Source of the DNA: Malacoraja senta
Lineage: Eukaryota
NCBI GenBank assembly: GCA_038087875.1
Contig: CM075993.1
Location: forward strand, 4,652,001-4,716,000
Reading direction: 5' to 3'
DNA: 64,000 nt
Shown: positions 12,441-26,296 of the stretch, piece after piece
Position numbering within the stretch: position 1 is the first letter of the stretch
Layout of the letters: every line of letters begins with the position of its first letter
Position numbers and translations under genes: made by a program
Notes under the pieces: generated by a model
Databases searched by the model: none
Seen by the model: only the letters and a program-made list of their open reading frames with translations
What the model was told of the DNA's origin: nothing

Positions 12441-13626
12441 TACATGGAGAGGGAAAGTGGAAGTGGGGGCAAAAGGCAGAGCAGGATTTGGGGCATTAAA
12501 GGAATAGTGAGAGTGGGAGTAGATGATAGAAGGGTGGGGGTGGAGAAGAGGCTGGAGACAGAACTGGGAGGTAAAGAGCGGAGAAGGAGTAATGATGAGG
12601 AGAGGGGATATATAGCTGAGCCAGTGATTTCAAATGGTGTAGTGTGTTCAGAAATGTTCGGAAATTCGGAGGTGCAAAGGGTCTTGGAAGTGCTGGTTCC
12701 CAAAAAGTAAATATGCAAGTTGAATCGGGATAGTAAAGAAGGCATATCATCTCTCATTCGTGTCTGCATGGGAAAACTGCAATATTGTTTGCCTTGCAGG
12801 AGAAAATACGTCAACAGAATTGCAATCAGCCGATGAGGATTGCTCTTACGTGGGCGAGGAGAGAAGATAATTTCAATTTATTGAGCACAAAATTATTCTG
12901 GAAGGAATTTTACTGCAAGATAATTCCATTGCAGTATTCCCATCTATCCGTTGTGCCACCTTGTGGAAAAACATGGTCAATTGCCATTATCAGCCTGTGT
13001 GAAGCAAAGCTCCTCACACTTGTTGTTAGTTGAAGATGCCGCAAGCACATCGAATCCCTTGCTGGATGAAATCCTCTTGCTCTTTTGGGAGGTGCGGTTG
13101 TAGAAGAGCCTTTGTAATATTTTGTTCCTGTGGCAATCAACAGGCATATGCCTCTACAATTATAATTCAGACTCAGCTGACGCCTATTAAACTAGTCTTG
13201 GTGCTTTTTTAAAAAGAGTCAGGGGAGGCACAGTGGTGCAGTTTGTTGAATTCAGTGCCCTCAAAACCACAGTAGTGTACCAGAAGCAAGTCCTCCTTAA
13301 ACAACAGATTCTCTAAGAAACACAACACATAAACAAACAATAATATGTTTGTTATCTATACCTCATAGTTGTGCGTTCTTTTTCAAAAAAGGTAAACTCC
13401 TAGTTCGTAAGTTCTAGGAGCAGAATTAGGCCATTTGGCATTCAATCATGGCTGATCGATCTTTCCCTCCCAACCCCATTCTCCTGCCTCCTCCCCATAA
13501 TCCCTAACACCTGTACTAATCAAGAATCTATCAATCGCCACCCTAAAAATATCCACTGACTTGGGCTCCATAGCCTTTTGTGGCTGTGACCCAGAGGTAA
13601 GGCAATCTTGCATTCTGGTAATGTTA

Positions 13627-13862
13627 AGGGCCTGTCCCACTTTCACGACCTAATTCACGATCTTTTTTACTCGTGGACATTTTTCATCATGCTAGAAAAA
13701 CGCCCCGACCTTTTGATGCCATGAGTACCTACGACTAGCATCACGGCCTGCTACGACCTACCTACTACCTCCTACGACCTCGTGACGACCATGCTGCGAG
13801 TATGAGTCAAGGGGAAACTCGGCAGAGGTCGTGAATTAGGCCGTGAAAGTGGGACAGGCCCT
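13627..13862. mobile_element. PIF/Harbinger-type MITE
   Basis: TIR AGGGCCTGTCCCACTTTCACG; TTA on both sides; internal (acctacg)-like repeats. Confidence 0.8.
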
Positions 13863-13937
13863 TTAACAGGTCAACAATTGTGGAATTAATTTAGAGGAAC
13901 TCTATAGAATCAGTTCTTTGTAAACTCATGATGACAG

Positions 13938-14805
13938 CTGATGACACCACTGTTGTGGGACGTATCACTGATGGGGATGAGTCAGAGTAGAAGAGAGATC
14001 GAGCAACTGTCCATATGGTGCCAGCACAACAACCTGGCCCTCAACACCAGCAAAACAAAGGAACTGATTGTGGACTTTGGAAGGAGTAGGATGGGGACCC
14101 ACAGTCCCGTTTATATCAACGGGTCGATGGTTGAAAGGGTCAAGAGCTTCAAATTCCTGGGCGTGCACATCTCTGAAGATCTTTCCTGGTCCGAGAACAA
14201 TGATGCCATTATTAAGAAAGCACATCAGCGCCTCTACTTCCTGAGAAGATTACGGAGAGTCGGTTTGTCAAGGAGGACTCTCTCTAACTTCTACAGGTGC
14301 ATAGTAGAGAGCATGCTGACCGGTTGCATCGTGGCTTGGTTCGGCAACTTGAGTGCCCTGGAGAGGAAAAGACTACAAAAAGTAGTAAACACTGCCCAGT
14401 CCATCATCGGCTCTGACCTCCCTTCCATCGAGGGGATCTACCACAGTCGCTGCCTCAAAAAGGCTGGCAGCATCATCAAGGACCCACACCATCCTTGCCA
14501 CACACTCATCTCCCTACTACCTTCAGGTAGAAGGTACAGGAGCCTGAAGACTGCAACGACCAGGTTCAGGAACAGCTACTTCCCCACAGCCATCAGGCTA
14601 TTAAACCTGGCTCGGACATAACACTGAACTTTACTAGCCAATACTGTTATTTGCACTTTATCAGTATATTGACCATTGTGTATATATTTATAGAATGCCT
14701 TGTAGTAAATGCCTACTATGTTCTGTTGTGCTCAAGCAAAGCAAGAATTCCATTGTCCTTCCAGGGACACATGACAATAAACTCACTTGACTTGACTTGA
14801 CTTGA
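13938..14805 (+). mobile_element. 5'-truncated Rex1/Babar-type LINE (RT C-terminus, frameshifted, 3' UTR, (CTTGA)n tail)
   Basis: ADDTTVVGRI at ~13938, then the frame with WCQHNNLALNTSKTKELIVDF...FKFLGVHISEDLSW...KKAHQRLYFLRRL (ORF 13941-14621). Tail acttgacttgacttga. Confidence 0.85.
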
Positions 14806-15461
14806 ACTCAGTATCAACAGTTTATTATCCGACATATCACCCTTGTTTCAAGGCCAGCAAACAATTTAGATGGAGACGCAAGAGACTGAAGATGTAACAA
14901 ATAATCTGCTGGAAGAAGTCACTGGATCAAGCAGCATGTCTAGAGATATGGGACCAATTTTTCAACTGAGGCCATTTATCTGGTTGAAAGAGTAGAGGGC
15001 GGAGAGGTGGCAAGACCTGGCAAGCAATAGGTGATTTCTGGTGAGGAGGGGTTAATGGTGAATGGAGTCAGGAGGGGGAGGGAAGGCGTCAAAATAATAT
15101 TAGAGGCTGGAAGTATGTAGGTGGAGGCAACAATTGGCTGCAGATGGTGGAATCTCATTGGAAAGGACAGTGAAGCATGGAATGTCATGTGAGCAAAATC
15201 AAATCAGTGCATTACAATGTAGAAGTAAAAATAATAGCAGAATATATATTGTGTTCAAAAATCTCAATAGACCCCACTCCCCACCCAATCAGTCAAAGCA
15301 ATTGAGGGTTTATTGATCATAGAACAAGAAATAAAAATGTTAAAAAACTCAATGGATATTGCAAAAAAGTCTACCACTTCAAATGAGGTGATGTTTCAAG
15401 TCCCAAAGGGGACCCGAAACATCACTTATCCATGTTCTCCAGGAATGCTACCTGACTCGCT

Positions 15462-15618
15462 TCTTCTTCTTCTTTTTCTTCTTCTTCTTGCGTATGGCGT
15501 GCACAGCCTAAAGTTGTAGGACAACTTGTTCTATTTTATCTTATTTGATTGTGCACGCCAGGTTGATTGCATTGGTTGAAACAGGGCGGACCACGTGAAG
15601 GTTGCAATCTCCCACCCC
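15462..15618 (-). mobile_element. Family H1 copy, ribozyme head 15565-15618, inserted into a PLE fragment
   Basis: TSD cctgactcgct at 15451-15461 and 15619-15629, directly abutting G1. Long (GAA)n tail. Core helices intact. Confidence 0.9.
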
Positions 15619-17096
15619 CCTGACTCGCTGAGTTACTCCAGCACTTTGTGTCTCCTTTGGTTATCATTGGTATTTTGTTTAACTGCAGGTCCAATAGCTT
15701 CAATAGTAAAAGAATAGCAATTCCATTTCCTAACATCAAGCAAATTTAAATCAAGTCACTGAATGCCTCCTGAAAAATTACCTCCACCCACAAAATCAAT
15801 CACCACTGACGGACAAATTGGGGATAAATGCAAATTACAGATGGGAGGTAGCAATTGGAAATAAACCTGCCGTAGGTACAGTGGGCAATCACCATGGGAC
15901 CATTTGAAGGAGGTAAAAACAGCATCAAATTGGCGGATTATTGGCACCTTCTCTCAGAATTTATGATCAGACTTTGACCACCATGTCTAGATTGCTTTGC
16001 TAAAATAAATGTTTAAGATAGTTTATTTGGTGGCCAGGCAGAAATCCAATCAGACAAAATCAAAAAAAATGTTTTTAGTCAATATGGCATTTTAAAAATA
16101 CAGTCAATTTTGGGTTAAGACTTTTGCAATTCATTAATTTATTCCGGCTCTTCATATCCTTTTGCGCAGACAAACTGAAGGATCTTCTAGTCAATGGCAC
16201 AGCATTTCATCCCCTACATGGCCACATTGTAGCCTTCAGGACTTAACACTGAACTGGACAACTTCAAGCAACCTGCTTTCTTTGCAATGTTTTGACCAAG
16301 TCCCAACGAATGAAGTCAATCCAAAATCGTAACTATTTTTTCAGATAGCCCCAGGTCCGTTAAAAAAAGAATTCAATCAATGCCTATCAAAGAGATTATC
16401 TAGTCGTAACCTCCACACTGGTGTTATCTTTGCAAATTTACTTCCAATCTATTCTGCCATGTTTTGGTTTGGGGTCACCCTGCTGTAGGAAGGCCGTTAG
16501 ACACAAAGTGCTGGAGTAACTCAGCGGGTCATACAGCATCTCTGGAGAAAAGGAACAGGTGACGTTTCGGGTCTGGTATATGGGACTAGTGTAGATGGGG
16601 CATCTTGGTCCGTGTGGCAAGTTGAGCCAAAGTGTTGTATCACTCTATAAATCTAAAATGTTAAAAGGTAATTTATTAGAAATCCTGAGCTTGTGAATGC
16701 TTCATGCTCAAATCAAAGCCGTTTATTTTACACTTGGATCAGTAACATTTTTCAATTATATTTTAAGTTTCCAGGATATATAGTACTTGGGGATAGTTAA
16801 TATTTATTAGACTTCAAAGCTGTCCAGTGAATAGCACAGTGCATTGCATTCTATCGCTTTCCACTGCAGGGTAACGGTTCTCCACAGCTCTCCGTAAGAC
16901 AAGCATCCAATTTTTAAAAAGATAGTTCGTAGGAAAAGGGAGCTGGGAAAGAACTGGGGACAACTGCTGTTGAGGGGTAGAAATTGGACCCAGCACACCA
17001 TCTGTACGCAATGCAAATGCAGAAAAATACTTATCAAAATTCTCAAAGATGGTATAAATTTGTTTAGAGATAAAACACAATGTATATTAGTTAGAG

Positions 17097-17324
17097 TGTT
17101 TAAGAAGGAACTGCAGATGCTGGAAAATCGAAGGTACACAAAAATGCTGGAGAAACTCAGCGGGTGCAGCAGCATCTATGGAGCGAAGGAAATAGGCAAC
17201 GTTTCGGGCCGAAACCCTTCGATGGGGACTGATGGGGATGGGTTTCGGCCCGAAACGTTGCCTATTTCCTTCGCTCCATAGATGCTGCTGCACCCGCTGA
17301 GTTTCTCCAGCATTTTTGTGTACC
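17097..17324 (-). mobile_element. PLE fold-back insertion
   Basis: Inverted arms around the spacer gatggggactgatggggat. Degenerate TSD tattagt(t/c)aga. Confidence 0.8.
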
Positions 17325-18953
17325 TTGTATTAGTCAGAAATGTATTTAAATTCCCGTTACAAAAGAATGGAGAGTATTTGCTGATATCTGAGAGACAAAG
17401 TTGTACTTTGCAAAATTATTTTTGTGGCCATACTTTGTAGCAGTGATTGATATTAGTAGCTTCTTTTACATTCTAAATTAGACACATTTCTATTAATTCC
17501 AGAGTCAAACGGTGGAGGAGGGATATGGTCTTTGGTAAGAATTTACAATGTACACTGCATTAATACAATATGTTAACCCAAATGGCATAAGATACAGCTA
17601 CGTGCGATGATTAGGGATGATAGGATGACAGCGAAAAAATAGCCCAAAAAGGCCATTAAATCAACCAATGCCAAAGACATGGTTTGTAAGTTAATTGGCC
17701 TCTTTAAAATTACCTCTGGTGCGTAGGGAGTAGATGTGGAAGTGGGATAACACAGAACCAGTGTGAATGGGATGAGCAATGTGTTCTTGGTTGGGCTAAA
17801 GGCCCTGTTTCCATGCTGTATCTTTAAATTAAACTAATGAATGCAATGAGGGGCATAGACAAGAATTTTATATTTAATTGTTTTTGGGAACATTAAACAC
17901 AAATATTAAGAATATATCCTTAATGATCATGGGGTGGAGAGGCAACAAGGGGTGAAAAATAGAGGGCCATTCCCTGCTGGCGTCACTTTACCTCCCATCT
18001 CTGGGAGTGACTGGTAACACCGACTGATGATGTTATCATTTGAGGAGGTGGGAAAGGAGAGTTGGAACCTGAACAAATCAGAAATAGAGATTATGATATC
18101 TGACTATAACCTGATTTTTCTGATTAGCTTTTTGTTGATTCACCATTTATTGCTGAAACCTCTATATTCCTACTTTTAAATGCAGTGACTTGTAAATTAA
18201 TGGGAGATGCCACCTATTTTGTTCACCCGTCGGCAGATATCCTGAAACCAGTAAGTCATTAGTAAATGTACATCTGTGTAACAAGCTCGCACACAATTTG
18301 ACAGCTTTGATGGATAGCAGCTTCTCAAAGGCTCCACCCCTCCCATCGTGTGATGTTTTTTAGCCTCTCCAGGGAAATTCAATTAAGAGTGTCTGTTCCC
18401 GCCCATCAGTCAATGATAGACACCATCAGGTTTCTATCCCTAACTCATTGACACGCGAGATGTGTCTGGATCTACAAGTTAGCAAGGGAATTACTGCCTG
18501 ATGGTTTGTAGATGCTAATCTTTCGTCTAGTTTTCTAAAACGAGAGCCAGCCACTGTTGTCTGTATGGAGAATAAACTGTGGGTGACTGAAAATGCTGTT
18601 AAGTAATGGAATTTTGTTTGGATCCAGGCAAAATAAGTTACCAGGTAAGATTATACAGTGCCACTGCACTGATTGCACATTAAAACCAACTGTGCAATAG
18701 AAGTGGGGCACAATGTACCCTCAATTGTAAAATGCATCAGACAACAGTCGAATAGAGTGGATGGGGAGAGGATGTTTCCACAAGTGGAAGAGTCTAGGAT
18801 TAGCTCAGCCTCAGAATAAAATTACTTATCTTTACAAAGGAGATGAGGAGGAATTTCTGTAGTCGGAGGGTGGTGAATCTGTGGAATTCATTGCCACAGA
18901 CGATTGTGGAGGCCAAGTCACAGGTATTTTTAAAGAGGATGTTGACAGATTCT

Positions 18954-19065
18954 TGTTTAAGAAGGAACTGCAGATGCTGGAAAATCGAAGGTAGACAAAA
19001 GTGCTGGAGAAACTCAGCGGGTGCGGCAGCATCTAGGAGCGAAGGAAATAGGAAACCCTTCTTCA
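18954..19065 (-). mobile_element. PLE 3' fragment nested in a CR1 fragment
   Basis: TSD gacagattcttg at 18944-18955 and 19066-19077. Confidence 0.8.
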
Positions 19066-20132
19066 GACAGATTCTTGATTAGTAAGGGTGTCAAAGGTTA
19101 TGGGGAGAAGGCAGGCGAATGTGGTTGAGAGGGAAAGATAGATCAGCCATGTTTGAATGGTGGCGAAGATTTGATGGGCCGAATGGTCTAATTCAGCTCC
19201 TATGACTTCTGAATTTATGAACCTGGCTGCTTCCTTTTACTGAAGTCTGGGACAAGATGACATTCTCAGACCTTGCTATAAATTCACCTCATGTCCCACT
19301 GATTTCATCACAATCTCTGGCGTTAAACTTACAACTAAGGCTTGACATTGCTTCAGCCGCAGTCGAACACTGATTCCTATCCAACACCAACCTATTTCTA
19401 CCTGTGTAAAATTCTTCACCTCTACCCATTTTACACTGAAATCTCCCTCATGCTTTTGCCACAATAATTTCAACCCTGGCCCCTGCCAACCACATATTCA
19501 CTGACAAAAACGTCTCACAATCATCCCCATCTTGCTATTTACTCTGCGTTGCTGCCCATCAACCCCCGCTTTTATTGACCTTTAGTGATTTCACTTCATC
19601 AAACCTTAAATTTAGACCTCAATGGTACCTTCAAAGTCCTCAAGGATTTGCCCAGCTGTAACTGCTTCTGGCCTCAAGTGGTCTTGAGCATTTCTTCTTT
19701 CATGTCCATATTTCAATGCTTCTCCTCTCCCTTCTCACACCATTTGTGGTACAGCATTCGGCTTCTGCATCTTGATTCTCGACTTAAGAAATGTTGCCTG
19801 TTTATTTGCCTCTTTTAAAAACTTTCTCAACACACAGCTTCAGGCACAAAGTACTGCAGTTACTCAAAGATAGACACAAAATGCTGTTCCCAATGATGGG
19901 GGAGTCCAGAACCAGGGGCCACAGTTTAAGAATATTCTCCTGCCTTTCATGAATTGCAGAATGAAACTTGCGATTGCCAAAATGTTACCTGTAACCATTA
20001 TCAATTTTCAAAGAAATGCAAAAAACATTTGAGATGGAACGTAAGAGCAATCATCTAATGCTTCAGAGTCCAGTGTTCATACCGCTTTTTATCAAAATGT
20101 ACAAACTCAATCAATCTTACTCTTGACTCTTA

Positions 20133-20434
20133 TGGGGCTGTCCCACTGTACGAGCTAATTCAAGAGTTCTCCCGAGTTTCCCCTGATTCGAACTCGGAGA
20201 ATTACAGTAATAGCCGTTCGTAGGTACTCGGGGCTCTCGACAAGTTGAAAAATCTTCATGAGTCTTCACAAGCTTACCGCGTTTCCCGAGTACCTGCCGT
20301 TAGCGTTACGAGCCGCTAAGAGACGTCCCGAGCTCCGACGTACCCGCTACGTACATTCTACGTGCTTACCACGAGTGATTTTTTTTAAAACTCGGGAGAG
20401 CTCTTGAATTACTTCGTACAGTGGGACAGGCCCT
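20133..20434. mobile_element. PIF/Harbinger-type MITE, interior related to 9549-9844 in the opposite orientation
   Basis: TIR (A/T)GGG(C/G)CTGTCCCACTGTACGA; TTA on both sides. Confidence 0.8.
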
Positions 20435-20792
20435 TTACACTTAACATTGGGTCAGTCTCTGAAATGTGAACAATATTGGGTCATTGTATGCAATTCTACC
20501 ACATCGTGAACCGTTTCTAATTAGGAGACTCTTTTATTATTGTGCTCAAAATGAAAGACGTTCCACATAACCGAACAGAATGGCGAAAGCTTGCTGCCCA
20601 ATGCACTCAACTAAGTCTAAGTAAGTCAAAATGAAAGGAGGAAACTTTGTTATGCACCATCAGCAATTGTCAGATATTCTGCAGAAATACAATGTTATTA
20701 AAGCAAAAAGGAAAAAAAAGTATTGTTTCATTGTCCAGCATTATTTATCTCTATTCCATAAACCATCAAAGTAAAGTACCAGGCACCAATAC

Positions 20793-20919
20793 CTGCTTCT
20801 CCAGAATACGGATGATCTCTCCCAGTGTTCTGTCAAGAGATGACACCTTGTTGTTTGCCCACGGCCCACTATCCTGTCCTTGCTGCTGCTTCAGAAGATC
20901 TTTCACCAACCTCTGCAGC
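20793..20919 (-). CDS. SCAPER: SCAPER internal exon (127 bp): (K)LQRLVKDLLKQQQGQDSGPWANNKVSSLDRTLGEIIRILEKQ
   Basis: ttctttgcatacAG acceptor and GTattg donor. Resembles SCAPER LQRLAKDLLKQLQVQDSGSWANNKVSALDRTLGEITRILEKE. I found no further exon in 1-20792 or above 55509. Confidence 0.95.
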
Positions 20920-22491
20920 CTGTATGCAAAGAATAAAGTGTTCCATTAAATTATACCACTGGTCAGCTAAAGCAAAATAATGGATAAAGAGGAATCTCTC
21001 ATGAAGAGAATTTTGAACTCATTGTTTATTTGTTCTTAAGGTGTTATTGACCCTGACAAAGCCACGTATCACATTAGTTAACATAATAAATTAGCCGTGG
21101 GGTTTTTTAGTAGAAAATATTTTAAAAGTGAGCGATTTACCAGTTCAATTCACATGGCAAACCATGTAGCATTAGATTAGAATTATGCCTATGACTGGTC
21201 AGGTAGGGATGGCAGAATTATTTGGTGAATGGTAGCTTTCATAAGGGAGTCAGAAAAATCTGCAGTATGAATGAGAATTTTTTAACTTACACTCCAGAAC
21301 TAAGTTCACTCCAACTTCAGTCAACAAACTGCAATATCCAGGCGAATCTTATGAACGAACGTGCGCAGTTCAGACCCAAGCTTCAAGTTATCATTGACTT
21401 ATTTGCCAAAACAGGAATGGGTCTTACACTTAACATTGGCAAAAACAATGGTCCACTATCAATCTGTCCACTAAGCAACAATAACAAACAATAGACTACT
21501 TCCTATATTTTCCGGACCCACCTATCGACGAAGACAGGCATTGTTGATGAAGAAATTCACTATTGCCTTCATTGCAGATTTTGTCTGTCTGAGGAAAACT
21601 AATAGATGTCAAACCTGGCAAAACTTCACAGAGGGAAGCAGATGCCTCTACTCTCTTGTGTGCTTTTGCCAGTGGGAGGCTCAAAGCACTACAGAGATAC
21701 CACCAATGCCTTCTCCAAAAAAACCTTCAATCTTCTGGCAAGGTAGTAGACCATCACCAGCCTGCTCTCCACAACTAACATCCCCGACTGGCTTACACTG
21801 GTGTTCCCAATGATGGGGAGTCCAGAACACTGGTGTTCCCAATGATGGGGGAGTTGGGTTAGCCATTTCTTTTAAACTTTACATGACACTAGATTCCTGA
21901 AACAGCTAACCAACTTGAGCTCCTTCATGCCAAGAATATTTTCAAAGCCTCCTCGAAAATGTGTAATGTCCACATCCGTGCGAATCCTTTGCCTGTGGCA
22001 GCTCAAAATGGAAAGGCAGCATTCCTGATGGCATTGACAATGATCAGCCCACGCATCAGGAGTTTCCCAGCCCAGCATAAATGGGGGAAGGACCACACCA
22101 CCTCCCACACTACTCATCTGCCTCCCTGGTATGCAATTCCTACCTCTCTAATGGGTCAGCCTGCAGGTTTTACATTGGCTTCATTAGCCACCACTCAAAT
22201 GACACCGAGAGAAGCCTAAGAAGGAGATATTTAATTTCTGTTATCAAGTCTAATATCCAGGTAAGTGTACCTTGGAACTGCGTAAGAGCCTGGGTTTCTT
22301 TCAGATCATCTGTGAATTTCCACTCGAAGATGTGCTCTAGAACTTGAGTTTGAAATTCAAATGTGACATGATATAAATGTTAAAGTGTTCCCCATTTTTT
22401 CTTCTTCAATTACTCCTTGGGATTGAGATTGACCAGCTATATGGGTTCTAAGGTGACTGATGAAACCAGATATGGAGAAAATGAAAACAGC

Positions 22492-22687
22492 TAGACACAA
22501 AAGAGCTGGAGTAACTCAGCGGGTCAGGCAGCATCTCTGGAGAAAAAGGATGGGTGATGTTTCGGCTCAGGACCCTTCTTCAGAACTGATCTGAAATGTC
22601 ACCCATCTTTTTTCTCCAGAGCTGAGTTACTCCAGCACTTTGTATCTATCTTCGGTTTAAACCAGCATCTGCAGTTCCTTTCTACAC
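22492..22687 (+). mobile_element. PLE fold-back insertion
   Basis: 13-bp TSD aaatgaaaacagc at 22479-22491 and 22688-22700. Confidence 0.85.
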
Positions 22688-25040
22688 AAATGAAAACAGC
22701 CAACCGTGGCCAGTTCTGAAATGGTTGAAGATTTTCCACTGTTTTCAAGGAGGGGTTTGTCCCATTGTCAGGTAAACTTTGAAGAGAATGCATTTGCTCA
22801 ATGCTGGGGCTCTCTCTGAGAATGAAACAGTTCTTCTGGATGTTAATTCAGTAAAACAGCTAGATTTAGGTTGACAATATCACAACATTCAAATCCATTT
22901 CTCTCTCTCAGATGCCAGCTCACAAATTAACACACCTATACATACTACTGTCATAATTCCCTATGCTGGGATTTAGTAAGCTAGCCCAGAGTTGCTAATT
23001 CATTATAATTACATTACAAGACATATCTCATAATGTTATTCAGCATTCCAAAATCGATGTGCATTTTTGGTATTTACTAAGAAGATGTCCGGGGAGTTGA
23101 AGTTTGATCTGCAATACAGACCATCATCTGCTGTGGAAAGTATAAGCATGTTGGTCAATATGGAAGGATTTCACAGGCAACCTTCCAAGGGTTTTGATTT
23201 GAATCCGACTAAGAGATTTCCTGGAAGTAAATCAAGGGGATGTGACCTTGAACACAGTCCTGGTTTCCATCTCAGTAAAATGGTTAATAATGCAGCATTC
23301 ATTTGACCATCTTTTTGGCTGTACACTCCTTGCTCATTCCTACAGCTTCGATCTTTGTACAAGTACCTTGCAAGACTGTCTAGGTCAGTTTGTGAGAGTA
23401 ATAAGAGGATTCCTCAAGATTACCGACAACGGTTAGAAAACGAGGCAATTTCTCGAACTAAATTAAACAGGGATGTTCCCTGAAATACAAACTATGGATG
23501 AATCCCAAGCAGCCACGTGGCAATCATAACCAAATGCACATTTCCCCCCATTTACAAAGGGACACTTTGCAGGAAATCAATGTATTAAATAAACATTTGG
23601 AATGATTCCATTAGTTTCACCACGAGAACCCTGGTTGCCTTCCATAGCTCAGGAACCATGATCGAACAACCTAGCATTATAAAATGCATCAACCAAAGTA
23701 TTTTATTACCAATTAATATTCAAATTAACACTAGCTGAAGCAGGCATGCAGAATAAAGGTAAGGACAAGGTATAAGAAGGAACTGCAGATGCTGGTTTTA
23801 AACCTAAGATAGACACAAAATAAGAATCCCCTCCTTATCCAATTACAAAATGGAGCAATTACCATCAAAATGTGGATTGAACAATAACATGAATTTCTGT
23901 ACAATTAAAATGAGAGAAGGTGATTCACAGCAGCAATCAGAGCTACGTAAAGACATATTAGGACAGGTATCTGAAAGCTGGTCACATGTATATTTTTAAG
24001 AGCTGCTCAAAGATGAAAGGTGGGAAAAATGTGCGATGGTGCAATATGATGTATGTCAAACGGGAATTAATACTGCTATACATATAATGATACCCACAAG
24101 ATGGATGAGAATTTTTTATTTGCAAAATGTAGAGGTAGCAACCAGTTTTGGATTTCTACTAGAAATACTTAGCAGGAAGCGCCGTAGGAACACAATGATG
24201 GCCAGATGGGCTTTGGACTTTGAATAATGGCGTCTAAAGTGGTGGCGCCCACATGTGTAATATATGCAAAAGGAATTTCACAGCATATGTGACATATAAA
24301 GCACTATTGAACCAGCCTGATTTTAATTGGACAAGGCACAAGAGTCTTGGAGTCTGTTCAATGCAGTAGATCATCTGTTCAGAATATGTTTTAATTTAGA
24401 ATCTCATTTAAATGCCACTGACGGCTTCTCATTCATCTAAGACGTGCATCTATTAGTTCGAGGCACTGAGGCTGCCTGAACTAATTGGTTGGAAATTGAA
24501 TTTGTACACCTTCTCTCTCAGCTTGACCTTCTAACTGGAGGGAAACTGCCCCACGATAAAGCCACGAGTTGCACGAGTGACTCTTCAGAATCTAAATTAT
24601 GTGGTCAGCTTTAATTGGAGGTTGTTAGCGTTTTTTTTGATAAAGTATTCTGTGAATGGAAAACAGGCTGCATGGAATGAGCTAAATTGAAATCACCAAT
24701 CTGGTGAACAAGGTCTATAAATAGATCTTTTGCAATCAATGTACAATTAATAATAGGCTTTCGGCACCAAAACAACATTTTGATGATAGCTTTACAAAAG
24801 CCAAATGAGTAAAACAAAATCTTGGGCAATATTTTAATAACATAAATTTATTACGCTTCCAAATTTCTTTGTGTATCAGTTCTCATCTAACTATGACCCC
24901 AATTAATATTTCAAATTTTTTGTATTTCAATTGTACGGTTTGTGCTTTTCCTAATTTTCAGAAACCACAAAATAACGGCAGTTTCTACATGACGTGTAAT
25001 TAGCAGAACATCTCAAGGAGGCAGCTGACTCTTGATGTAG

Positions 25041-25162
25041 GAGAACTGGCGGATAAAGTACAGTTGTGGTCTGAGGAAGGGTTTCGGCCCGAAACGTTGC
25101 CTATTTCCTTCGCTCCATAGATGCTGCTGCACCCGCTGAGTTTCTCCAGCATTTTTGTGTAC
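25041..25162 (+). mobile_element. Solo tail-less PLE arm with ~30 nt leader
   Basis: 16-bp TSD ctgactcttgatgtag at 25025-25040 and 25163-25178. CTGAGGA..GAAA core at 25070. Confidence 0.8.
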
Positions 25163-26296
25163 CTGACTCTTGATGTAGTCAGTCGCACAGTTTACGTAAA
25201 ACCTTGACCAGCTCAGAAGCCAAAGAAGGATATGAGAAGCTGAGTTGGCTGCATGGTCGCAGTTTTTCCCAGAGCTAGATCGTCATCTTTTATTCAGTTT
25301 GGGGTTGAGTCCACTTAGCCAGTTAAAGCAAATCAATGGACACATCCATCAAATAGTGACTAGAGTCTTGCAATTGGTTCTACTGCCCAAGATGGGCTGC
25401 TCACGGCAATATACTTTGGAGTCAAACATACACTTGGTTAGGAGATACAAGGCACTGCAGATGCTGGTTTACAAAGAAATACACAAAGTGCTGGAGTAAC
25501 TCAGCAGGTCAGGAAACTCAGCAGATCGGAACGCTTCTTCAGACTGATTGTGGTGGGCAGGAACAGAAACCTGGAAGAGAGGGGCAGGACAAAGCCTAGT
25601 GAGTTGATAGGTGGATACAGATGATAGGGGAGGGGGGGGAAGTAGATGTTTGGACAATGGCCAGAGTTCTATGAATTGCCTTAATAATTTGGATCTTCAG
25701 GGCTGAGCCACTTGGCTGAGAGAGTACTGGCATGAACTTTCAAGATTCTAATACAATGCACTCTTTTAGACTATTACAACATTAGAAAGTGTTCAATCAA
25801 AGAGCAGTCGGCAGATGTGATGCTACATTCCTAGAATTATGAAATCTTCTCTGCCAAGAAAGAAATGAACAACAGCACCCATTTATGACAAATATTTTGC
25901 ATAGATTAAGGCTAACTAAAAGTTACTTCCAATGATGTAAACTACACATTTTGGTTGCATTGCTGAATGGAAAAGAGATAATCCATTGCAACATCAGAGG
26001 TATAGAAGTATATAATATTAGGAGAGGAATCGATGGGTAAGCAGTTTGAGAATGGTGGGTGCCTGCAACGCATTACCAGGGTGGTGGTGGAGGCAGATAC
26101 GATACTGACATTTAAAAGACTTTTATATAGCCACATGGAAGTATAGGGAATAGAGGGATATGGAACATATACAGGCAGGTGAAGTTGGTTTCACCAGGCA
26201 TCATGTTTGGCACAAACAATGTGGGCCAAAGGGCCCATTCCTGTACAGTACTTTTCTATGTTCTTTATTGATGATCACAGAGATACAGGAGGTTGT

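Noticed and set aside
12098..12814. 238-aa minus-strand ORF
   Set aside because: Arises from the (GA)n/purine-rich low-complexity tract plus CR1 remnants; S/L/P-biased with no recognisable domain.
18023..18123. Possible C/D box snoRNA (TGATGA...CTGA)
   Set aside because: Imperfect C box, no terminal stem, and antisense to the host gene.
21796..21854. Direct repeat acactggtgttcccaatgatgggg(g)agt as a CRISPR-like array
   Set aside because: Only two units of a CR1-derived fragment with no spacers, in a eukaryotic context; a simple tandem duplication.
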